Source: a virus. Taken from it: a DNA stretch of 42,489 nt. Below the pieces are notes generated by a model that saw only the letters and a program-made list of their open reading frames with translations, had not been told where the DNA came from and searched no databases. The stretch is taken from IMG/VR virus record IMGVR_UViG_3300005043_000002. One strand, 5' to 3'. Shown here piece by piece: positions 23,311 to 30,295 of this stretch (positions are counted from its first letter, which is position 1; each line of letters starts with the position of its first letter). Both the position numbers and the translations under genes were made by a program.

Positions 23311-24804
23311 ATGACCGAAATAAACCTATTCTCAGACCAACAAAAATTGGTAAACAAGGCCCGCGCATCCATAGGGCGTGGCTGTAAATCCCTGTTGATC
23401 CAAGCCACCACAGGCGCAGGTAAGACCGTCATGGCGAGTTCTATGATTAAGGGATCAAACGCCAAAGGATTTAAAACTGCGTTCTGCGTGCCGAGAAAAC
23501 AGCTACTTGAACAGATGGGAAAGACATTCAGGAAATACGACATAGATTATTCTTATGTTGCCTCTGGAGAATTTTTCGATGAATCAAGTATGAATCACGT
23601 TTGCTCAATGCAAACACTGGTTAATCGGCTTGACGTTATAGACCCAAGGGTCATTTATTTCGATGAAACACATTGGGGTGAGGGCCAGTTAAACAAGATA
23701 ATAAAACATTTTAAGGAAACACCGTGGATTGATCCTGTTACAAAAAAATCACATCAGAGGATTATTATCGGTCTTTCCGCCACACCTTGGAAAATGAACG
23801 GCAGGGGGCTTGGCTGTTATTATGACGATATGGTCGAGGGCGAATCTGTCCGCTGGTTAATGGATAATAAAAGACTCTCAGATTACCGTTTGTTTGGTGT
23901 TTCTAATCCTGATTTATCAATGATAAAAATGGTCAATGGTGAATACAGTCAAACTCAATTACGTGAGAAAATGGAAGGTGATAAGGTTCTCATTGGTGAC
24001 GCCGTTTCTCATTATAAAAAACATGCATACGGTAAACTTAATGTGACGTTTTGCGCGTCGATTAAACACAGTAAAATGACAGCCGAGGCGTTTAACAACG
24101 CAGGAATTCCGGCGGCACACATGGACGCAGAAACCCCCATGCATGAGCGCATGAGAATTATTAAGGATTTCGCCCTAAGAAAATTATGGGTGATTTGTTC
24201 TGTTGATTTGTTGTGTTTTGGGTTTGATTTAGCCTCTCAAGTTAACATGGACGTAACTGTCGAATGCTTGAGCGATTTACGACCCACCATGTCGCTTGCT
24301 CTTCAAATGCAGAAATGGGGCCGCGTTCTCAGAATGAAGGACGAACCAGCGTTAATATTCGATCATGCTGGTAATTCCATGAAATTCGACGGTACGGAAA
24401 ATCATGGTTTGCCTTGCATGGATAGATTGTGGACATTGCTGGACCGCCAGAAGAAATCAAAAAAAGATGAAGAGGAGAAAGCAGAAACAACACGGCGTTG
24501 CCCAGACTGTTTTAATCTTCATAAACCCCAGCCCAAGTGCCCATGTTGTGGCCATATATATAAAATAAAACCCATGAAGAAATTGGAAACCATCGACGCA
24601 GAATTAAGAGAAATCGAGATCGTCAAGAAAAAACGCGCGGCCAGAATTCAAGAGGGCATGTGCGAAACTCTGGAAGATTGGAAAGAAGTAGCCAAGGATC
24701 GCGGAAACTCCGAAGCATGGGCGAACATCAGATATAAAAAACGCGAAGAAATCAACGCAAAGAAAAAACTTGAAAAACTCAACGGACAGATTGAATTGAT
24801 ATGA
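23311..24804 (+). CDS. SF2 DEAD/DEAH-box helicase with C-terminal zinc ribbon
   Basis: Walker A ATTGAGKT, DETH box, SAT-like LSATP, and CPDCF...CPCCGH. Confidence 0.8.
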   Translation: MTEINLFSDQQKLVNKARASIGRGCKSLLIQATTGAGKTVMASSMIKGSNAKGFKTAFCVPRKQLLEQMGKTFRKYDIDYSYVASGEFFDESSMNHVCSMQTLVNRLDVIDPRVIYFDETHWGEGQLNKIIKHFKETPWIDPVTKKSHQRIIIGLSATPWKMNGRGLGCYYDDMVEGESVRWLMDNKRLSDYRLFGVSNPDLSMIKMVNGEYSQTQLREKMEGDKVLIGDAVSHYKKHAYGKLNVTFCASIKHSKMTAEAFNNAGIPAAHMDAETPMHERMRIIKDFALRKLWVICSVDLLCFGFDLASQVNMDVTVECLSDLRPTMSLALQMQKWGRVLRMKDEPALIFDHAGNSMKFDGTENHGLPCMDRLWTLLDRQKKSKKDEEEKAETTRRCPDCFNLHKPQPKCPCCGHIYKIKPMKKLETIDAELREIEIVKKKRAARIQEGMCETLEDWKEVAKDRGNSEAWANIRYKKREEINAKKKLEKLNGQIELI

Positions 24805-24980
24805 TCTTGAGAATTGGAACGATTATTTATTCTGCCGATGGTACGGACGAAGAACCCGTAAACGTTGAAGATGCCAGAAAATGGGCGAAATCAGAAGGAT
24901 ACACGGCGAATGATGTATCTATAAGAAAAGGCGAAAATTCAGTTATTATTAAACTTAAAAGGAATGTTGAATATGAATGA
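24801..24980 (+). CDS. Hypothetical 59-aa protein (untracked)
   Basis: Hand translation begins MILRIGTIIYSADGTDEEPVNVEDARKWAKSEGY. The ATG overlaps the helicase TGA. Confidence 0.5.
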   Translation: MILRIGTIIYSADGTDEEPVNVEDARKWAKSEGYTANDVSIRKGENSVIIKLKRNVEYE

Positions 24981-25083
24981 AGATAAAAAAGGAATATTAG
25001 ATTTAAGCACGTTAGCAAAGGTAGTATATGCCAGTAATTGGATGATGATACCAAAAACATAGCTTACATTTCATCGCCCATGG

Positions 25084-25290
25084 GTGATATCCGAAGAAAT
25101 GAACCAAGGATTAGATGAACTTGTTGAAGCTGGATTCCTAAAAGCTGAAAAATCAGATAACCCGCATTCTGATGCTATTACATGGAAACCCACCGAAAGA
25201 ATGTTATGCGAAAGGACATGGCTTGAAAAAGATTTTGTCATGAAAAACGCAAATTTTAAAATTATAGATGAAAGCAGAGTTAAAACATGA
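25084..25290 (+). CDS. Hypothetical 68-aa protein (GTG start as tracked); possibly the 3' part of a longer frame, 24973..25290, interrupted by one TAG
   Basis: No SD lies before GTG 25084 or ATG 25099. The same frame is open from ATG 24973 except for TAG at 25060-25062. Confidence 0.5.
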   Translation: MISEEMNQGLDELVEAGFLKAEKSDNPHSDAITWKPTERMLCERTWLEKDFVMKNANFKIIDESRVKT

Positions 25291-25748
25291 GTGAATCAAA
25301 CGTAGTTAAACGAATCATGATGGATTTATCTGCCATGGGTTGCCGCCTGTTTAGGAATAATGTCGGCGAAGTGTGGACGGGGAAATATAGACGCATAAAC
25401 AAAGATCAGGCCGTCATGTGTGAGGAGGGCGATGTAATCATAAAACACGCCCGCAGATTTCACGGGGGTCTTGTGGTTGGTTCTGGTGATATTATAGGCT
25501 GGACTCCGACATTAATCACGCCTGATATGGTGGGTCTAACGCTGGCAATATTCACAGATATAGAAGGAAAAAAAGACGAGAAAACCGCGATTTCTTCTGC
25601 AAAATCACGTTCAGCGCATGAACAAAGTCAACAACGATTCGCGGAGGCTGTTATAAAGGGCGGGGGATTTGCAGGATTTGCAGGCTCGACAGAGCAAGCG
25701 CAGGAAATTATAAACCCCTCTAGACTGACCGAGCCGCGTTGTCCTTAA
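25287..25748 (+). CDS. VRR-NUC domain nuclease
   Basis: The GSGDIIGW...IFTDIEGKK pattern (D...E.K) and the trailing Q..F......GG...F are typical of VRR-NUC proteins. Confidence 0.65.
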   Translation: MSESNVVKRIMMDLSAMGCRLFRNNVGEVWTGKYRRINKDQAVMCEEGDVIIKHARRFHGGLVVGSGDIIGWTPTLITPDMVGLTLAIFTDIEGKKDEKTAISSAKSRSAHEQSQQRFAEAVIKGGGFAGFAGSTEQAQEIINPSRLTEPRCP

Positions 25749-25896
25749 TAATTAGCATTTCAACAGCGTTAGACAAACTTGTCGTTGACGCGATTTCTCC
25801 GTCTTCAATTCTTTGTTTGTGAATCTTAACGAAACTTTCATAAGCTGCCGTCTTAACTCTAAAACCAACGGCTTTTAATTTAGTTTTTGTTTTCAT
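25720..25896 (-). CDS. 58-aa ribbon-helix-helix-like DNA-binding protein (untracked); candidate regulator
   Basis: Hand translation: MKTKTKLKAVGFRVKTAAYESFVKIHKQRIEDGEIASTTSLSNAVEMLIIKDNAARSV. AAGGAG lies 8 nt upstream. It has a basic N-terminus, a short beta-like AVGFRV and two helices, as in Arc/CopG. It is the only leftward gene in the early arm. Confidence 0.55.
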   Translation of the reverse strand: MKTKTKLKAVGFRVKTAAYESFVKIHKQRIEDGEIASTTSLSNAVEMLIIKDNAARSV

Positions 25897-25909
25897 TTAG
25901 TAAACTCCT

Positions 25910-25940
25910 TGTTGACATTGTGCTAACAGTAGTATATCAC
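25910..25940 (+). promoter_or_regulatory. Early promoter P4 with bipartite box
   Basis: TGTTGACA-ttg-TGCTAACA, with -10-like TATCAC at 17 nt. Confidence 0.55.
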
Positions 25941-25959
25941 ATTGATAACGATGTCAACA
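25931..25959 (-). promoter_or_regulatory. Leftward promoter for the RHH-like gene, overlapping P4 face to face
   Basis: The minus strand carries TTGACA (25957-25952) and an extended -10 TGaTATACT (25939-25931). Two more 8-mers, TGATAACG (25943-50) and TGTCAACA (25952-59), lie here. Confidence 0.45.
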
Positions 25960-26184
25960 AACAAAAAGGTATTTATTATGTTTAAGCGTATGATTTTTAG
26001 GATTAAACTTGCTTATGGGATGTTAATCGCAACAGACGAATCATTGCGTGATGTGGATCAGATTATTGATTTAATGTTTTTCGCGCAAAGAGGGCAAACG
26101 TTATATGTATGCACTTTAAAAAAATTCGGCAAGAACAATAATTTCGAACGTTTCAAGCCATTAATAACAATTAATAGAATATAA
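25951..26184 (+). CDS. Hypothetical 77-aa protein
   Basis: Start moved to the ATG (MSTNKKVF). The tracked TTG start lies inside the promoter region. Confidence 0.5.
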   Translation: MSTNKKVFIMFKRMIFRIKLAYGMLIATDESLRDVDQIIDLMFFAQRGQTLYVCTLKKFGKNNNFERFKPLITINRI

Positions 26185-26322
26185 TTTTTTATGGGGGTGC
26201 GGTGTTGACGCTTCAACAAGTGCGAGGGGCTTCTAAGGGCCAAATATTAATCCGCATCTCTACATAAGGCAGGTAATCAATCCTGTCACCCCCAGCCAAT
26301 TTATACAACGAAAGAAAAACCC
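26185..26322 (+). promoter_or_regulatory. Structured leader B (conserved 3' block shared with 19381..19421)
   Basis: TGCGG (26198-202) pairs with CCGCA (26252-56), and the G-run 26193-97 pairs with the C-run 26289-93. There is a local hairpin GTTGA-cgct-TCAAC. The last 49 nt resemble leader A up to the ATG. Confidence 0.45.
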
Positions 26323-27210
26323 ATGACTGCCCAATTAATCAAAGACCTATCAAATAAAGACTATCACGCGCACAAGGCTACGAGCCGATCCGCGTTAATG
26401 GAATTAAACAAATCCCCTAAAAAATATCATCACAAGTTTATTTCAGAAGATTACGAGCATAAAGAAACGGATGCCCTCCGCCTTGGTTCTGCGTTCCATA
26501 CTCTAGTTTTAGAGCCAGAGGATTTTGCGGAACATTGCGCAATTCATCCAGAGGGTAAAAAACGCCCAACGAAACCACAATTAAACGCCAAAGAAAAAAC
26601 GGACTCTACGGCTTTATTGATTAAGTTTTGGGAAAAATTCGACGATGAAAACGACGGTAAAACCATCATCAAACAGGACGAAGTTGATAAACTTACAGCC
26701 ATGGCGAAATCCCTGCGATCAGAACCAGCGGCGCAGAAAATCCTTGGCCAAAAGGGCTTGATTGAGCCGTCTATCTTCTGGACGGACAAGGAAACAGGTA
26801 TTGATATGAAGTGCAAACTTGATTTTGTGCCGTTGAATTACTCTATTCTCGTCGATCTTAAAACCACCGCAAGCGTAGACCGTAACAAATTCGAGAAATC
26901 TATCGCGGACTTCGGTTATGATTTGCAGGCGTTCATAGCAACAGAGGCGATATTTCAACTCACCGGAACACGCCCCGAAATGTTTGTTTTCGCCGCCGTT
27001 GAGAAAGAACCTCCTTACGATACAGGGTTTTTCATGGCCGATAGTATCGTCTTAAAGCGCGGTGAATTGCTCTACAGACATCTACTTAATAAGCTGGCCG
27101 GATGTCGTGTGAAAGACGAGTGGCCATCACAGGGCGGTGGAAAAGTGCAAGCCGTGTCATTGTCGCCGTGGGTCATTAATAAAATGGATGAATTGAAGGG
27201 TGAGGAATAA
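26323..27210 (+). CDS. PD-(D/E)XK exonuclease (RecE-like / DUF3799 type)
   Basis: ILVDLKTTASVD...FGYDLQAF is the D-x-K core typical of PDDEXK recombination exonucleases. Confidence 0.7.
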   Translation: MTAQLIKDLSNKDYHAHKATSRSALMELNKSPKKYHHKFISEDYEHKETDALRLGSAFHTLVLEPEDFAEHCAIHPEGKKRPTKPQLNAKEKTDSTALLIKFWEKFDDENDGKTIIKQDEVDKLTAMAKSLRSEPAAQKILGQKGLIEPSIFWTDKETGIDMKCKLDFVPLNYSILVDLKTTASVDRNKFEKSIADFGYDLQAFIATEAIFQLTGTRPEMFVFAAVEKEPPYDTGFFMADSIVLKRGELLYRHLLNKLAGCRVKDEWPSQGGGKVQAVSLSPWVINKMDELKGEE

Positions 27211-27869
27211 TGGATATACAGTATAAAGTAGGCGGTAATTCAGGAAGTAACACCAGACGGTATACGCAAATTATAGGGCGTGTCTCAAGAGATAATGTAT
27301 ATCGCGGAGAATCATATAAACGATGCCCAATAACAGGAACTATTTTACCAATTAAAATCGAAAACGAAGAAAGCAATAAAATGAACAGCATTAAAAAAAT
27401 ACGCGAAAATTTGAATAAAGCACTTGAGGGAATCGATGCACTTGAGAAACAGGAAACGCCTGCGCCTAAAAAATGGGATGCGTCTAAATTGGTCGATGGC
27501 GATAGATATTCCTACAATGATTCTTTTGGTGGCTCATACTCTAAAACATGGCGTGATACTAAGTACGATACTCACCGTTTAAAAACAGGCAACGTATTTG
27601 AAACCAAAGAAGCAGCAGAATACCATACATTTACGATCGACGTGGCATGGTCAATCAAGCAACGAGCGTTCGAGCCGGACTGGGACAACTCACACCAAGA
27701 TAAATGGTATGTTTCTCACCATCATATCCTACACCATACAAGATTTAATAGTATACACACCAGTGAACGTTCAGGATTATACTTCGAAACTCGTGCAATA
27801 GCCGAAACAGCATTCGAGGGTATATCAGATAAAGATTTCCTATATATGATGCGCAACAGGTTGATATAA
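27210..27869 (+). CDS. Hypothetical protein (219 aa)
   Basis: TAATG-coupled ORF between the exonuclease and recT. Confidence 0.6.
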   Translation: MDIQYKVGGNSGSNTRRYTQIIGRVSRDNVYRGESYKRCPITGTILPIKIENEESNKMNSIKKIRENLNKALEGIDALEKQETPAPKKWDASKLVDGDRYSYNDSFGGSYSKTWRDTKYDTHRLKTGNVFETKEAAEYHTFTIDVAWSIKQRAFEPDWDNSHQDKWYVSHHHILHHTRFNSIHTSERSGLYFETRAIAETAFEGISDKDFLYMMRNRLI

Positions 27870-27870
27870 A

Positions 27871-27901
27871 CATTGACACCCTGCTAACTAACCGTTAACA
27901 T
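27871..27901 (+). promoter_or_regulatory. Early promoter P5 with bipartite box
   Basis: caTTGACA-ccc-TGCTAACT, with -10-like TAACAT at 17 nt. Confidence 0.5.
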
Positions 27902-27927
27902 GCACAAACAAACAACAGGATAAAATC

Positions 27928-28821
27928 ATGAGCAACAGTTTACAATTAATCGAAACCGAACTAAAACAACCCGCTACAATGGGGCGCATGTCTCTTGCTC
28001 TTGGTTTTACCGACGTGGACGATCCGGCCGCAAAAAACGAGGCTCGGAAATATATATCTTCTGTTCTTGCCGAAATTGAGAAAACAGCGGGCGACCCTAA
28101 GAAGGATTTAACCATGTGTAGCGCGCCGAGTATTATACGCTGTATGGTTGACGCTGCAAAGATGAAAATGCAAATAGACGGCAGGCAACACGCGCACCTT
28201 ATAAAATATGGGAATAACGCCACCCTTCAAATCGGTTATAGGGGTTATCTTGCGAAAATAAAACAAGCATATCCCGACGCTGTTTTTACGGTCCAGCCAG
28301 TTTATCAAGGTGATGAAATCACCGTATGGCATGAAGATGGCAACCAATTTTATAAATATGTGAATAATAACCTGTTCTCCTCTGGTGAGAATAATTTCCT
28401 TGGTATCCTGTTCGCCGTCACGTACACCGACGGAGGCCGTCAAGTCAGTAAGGTGTCGGATGTGTCCAAAGAACGAGTTGACCGCGCCAAGAGTGCCGCA
28501 AAACAAAAATACGTGTGGGGTTCTGATTATATAGAGAAAGCAAAAGCGGCGGCGATTAAGAACGCATGCAAACACCTGTTCGCCAGTATAACCGATCTGC
28601 AAACCGTCATGAGATATGATAATGATAAAAATCATAAGGTAGATAATAACGCTACGGACCCGCAGACCCGCAGTATTCTGGATAATCTCAACGCAGATAT
28701 TGACTCGATCCTTCCCAAGAAACAGATAAGCGAAGACGAGGGCGGTGTTTTAGTTGATGAAGACGAGGGCGAATCCGGTGAAATAATAACAGTGAATGAA
28801 GACGAAGTGCAGATAATGTAA
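27928..28821 (+). CDS. recT: RecT-family single-strand annealing protein
   Basis: CSAPSIIRCMVDAAKMKMQIDG..HAHLIKYG..ATLQIGYRGY matches the RecT core pattern. Acidic C-terminal tail. Confidence 0.7.
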   Translation: MSNSLQLIETELKQPATMGRMSLALGFTDVDDPAAKNEARKYISSVLAEIEKTAGDPKKDLTMCSAPSIIRCMVDAAKMKMQIDGRQHAHLIKYGNNATLQIGYRGYLAKIKQAYPDAVFTVQPVYQGDEITVWHEDGNQFYKYVNNNLFSSGENNFLGILFAVTYTDGGRQVSKVSDVSKERVDRAKSAAKQKYVWGSDYIEKAKAAAIKNACKHLFASITDLQTVMRYDNDKNHKVDNNATDPQTRSILDNLNADIDSILPKKQISEDEGGVLVDEDEGESGEIITVNEDEVQIM

Positions 28822-28839
28822 AGAAGGAGTATTGATATT

Positions 28840-28959
28840 ATGGGAGAGTATGCGGAAATGGAAATCGATAAACATATCGGTGACTGGAACGGGGAAATAT
28901 TCAGCGAATATCCATACGAAGACGACGACGATGAGGAATTACCTTTATTTAGTTGTTGA
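28840..28959 (+). CDS. 39-aa acidic micro-protein (untracked)
   Basis: Hand translation: MGEYAEMEIDKHIGDWNGEIFSEYPYEDDDDEELPLFSC. AAGGAG lies 10 nt upstream. Confidence 0.5.
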   Translation: MGEYAEMEIDKHIGDWNGEIFSEYPYEDDDDEELPLFSC

Positions 28960-28984
28960 CAGTGTGCTAACAGTCCGCTATCTT
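28954..28984 (+). promoter_or_regulatory. Early promoter P6 with bipartite box
   Basis: TGTTGACA-gtg-TGCTAACA, with -10-like TATCTT at 17 nt. Confidence 0.55.
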
Positions 28985-29011
28985 AGTACTATAAACAAAC
29001 GAGGTAAAACC

Positions 29012-29167
29012 ATGCAAACTCAGACATTAAAATATCCAGAGGTCACGCACATGCCTTATCATGATCTTGTCAGAGATTTCGAGGCGATAAATCAGCAAGT
29101 AAAAAAAGAAATCGCGCTTGCACAATCAAAATTAGAAAATCCAACATTCCAAGAGGTCGGCACATGA
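29012..29167 (+). CDS. Hypothetical 51-aa protein
   Basis: Start moved to MQTQTLKY (GAGG upstream), because P6 lies inside the tracked TTG-start ORF. Confidence 0.5.
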   Translation: MQTQTLKYPEVTHMPYHDLVRDFEAINQQVKKEIALAQSKLENPTFQEVGT

Positions 29168-29325
29168 CAAGTTTACACGCTAGTAAATTCTACGCAAATT
29201 TAGAAGTCTCTATGCAAGAAACTCGCACCACAGTAAAAAAAGAAGATTGCAAAAACTGTGGTGAACCACACAACAATCTATACAAATTTTGTGGACCTAC
29301 ATGTGAGAGTGAATTTTATGAATAA
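29164..29325 (+). CDS. 53-aa zinc-ribbon micro-protein (untracked)
   Basis: Hand translation: MTSLHASKFYANLEVSMQETRTTVKKEDCKNCGEPHNNLYKFCGPTCESEFYE. ATGA overlap with the upstream gene. Confidence 0.5.
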   Translation: MTSLHASKFYANLEVSMQETRTTVKKEDCKNCGEPHNNLYKFCGPTCESEFYE

Positions 29326-29509
29326 TCAGCCCGTCACAGAATATGAGGCGATAGAAGCGATAAAATCTCTTGAGTCAAATATTTCATTTTATAAAACCAT
29401 GATAGGTAGAGGCGTGAAAAACCCTCATTCGTATAAAGATAAAATAAAAAATACAGAAATCGCCATCAAAGTTTTACGCCTATATAGGGCTCTAACAACA
29501 AACAATTAA
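29318..29509 (+). CDS. Hypothetical 63-aa protein
   Basis: Start moved to MNNQPVTEY, which overlaps the preceding stop. Confidence 0.5.
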   Translation: MNNQPVTEYEAIEAIKSLESNISFYKTMIGRGVKNPHSYKDKIKNTEIAIKVLRLYRALTTNN

Positions 29510-29745
29510 ACAGACATATATCTATCAAGTTTATCCTGTAAATCCAAGATCGCTTGCGTGCGCTCTGCGTCTGATTTCTCCGGTGAACTATGCGCATCAA
29601 TCACAAGACTAATACCAGAGGCCAAAACACTGCCGATTTCTATAGTCAATTTAATGCTGTTTAATATTTTATCAACATCGGCCTTTTTATCATCGTCAAG
29701 GTCAAGTGCAACATCAATTAGTTTCAATACTTGTTCTGTAAACAT
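29506..29745 (-). CDS. Hypothetical 79-aa protein, last gene of the late arm
   Basis: Coupled to the lipoprotein gene, with one weakly hydrophobic segment. Confidence 0.55.
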   Translation of the reverse strand: MFTEQVLKLIDVALDLDDDKKADVDKILNSIKLTIEIGSVLASGISLVIDAHSSPEKSDAERTQAILDLQDKLDRYMSV

Positions 29746-30051
29746 TTATTTGATCTCCAATTCTTCGGCGCGTAATTGAGCGGTTTCCGTGGTTGTTTTG
29801 CATAAGTTATTTAATACCAGTAATTCGTCGGTTGAGTTTTTAAACTCAGAGATTACCTTGTTCTTATTCTCTTTTGAAACAATCCCAGCCTTATAAGATT
29901 CAATCAACGAATCGGCCGCGACCTCTATAGATGCCGTGGAAATCTCGACTTGTTTCGTGCATGAAACGCCCGTGATCTTCTCTGTGATCATGGATAATGT
30001 AGAGCAACCGGATAACAATAAAACGCTAAGTATTAAGATTTTCATAAGCAT
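29746..30051 (-). CDS. Lipoprotein (101 aa); possible o-spanin-like or exclusion lipoprotein
   Basis: Signal sequence plus lipobox: MLMKILILSVLLLSGC. Confidence 0.6.
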   Translation of the reverse strand: MLMKILILSVLLLSGCSTLSMITEKITGVSCTKQVEISTASIEVAADSLIESYKAGIVSKENKNKVISEFKNSTDELLVLNNLCKTTTETAQLRAEELEIK

Positions 30052-30283
30052 TAACTTTCTTTTCTAAGATTTTAATTTTGCCAGCTTTTTTGTGATGGTT
30101 AACCAGTGACCACCCTTGGACGGTTATCAAACCAAGAACCGCAATAATATATTCTATTGTGTTCAACATGCTTTCTAACAACTCATATGTTAATCCATAA
30201 TCTTGTAATGCCTTGCTAAGAACGATACCAGCCGCAAACGCGCCCGCTGTTCTTGTAACACTACCTAGCTCTTTTTTCGGCAT
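30026..30283 (-). CDS. Putative holin (85 aa, two hydrophobic helices, basic C-terminus)
   Basis: Hydrophobic segments AGAFAAGIVLSKAL and YIIAVLGLITVQGWSL. Adjacent to the endolysin gene. Confidence 0.5.
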   Translation of the reverse strand: MPKKELGSVTRTAGAFAAGIVLSKALQDYGLTYELLESMLNTIEYIIAVLGLITVQGWSLVNHHKKAGKIKILEKKVNAYENLNT

Positions 30284-30295
30284 AATAAGCTCCTT

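Noticed and set aside
26203-26217. TGTTGACG followed by a hairpin in leader B, considered as a possible ninth box promoter.
   Set aside because: The second 8-mer position reads CAACAAGT, which has no similarity to the box. No -10-like hexamer lies at 16-18 nt. It is treated as part of the RNA structure instead.
28832-29167. 111-aa TTG-start ORF spanning the recT-distal gap.
   Set aside because: Promoter/box P6 (28954-28984) lies inside it. It is better explained by a 39-aa ORF with a strong AAGGAG (28840..28959, different frame) and a 51-aa ORF starting at ATG 29012.
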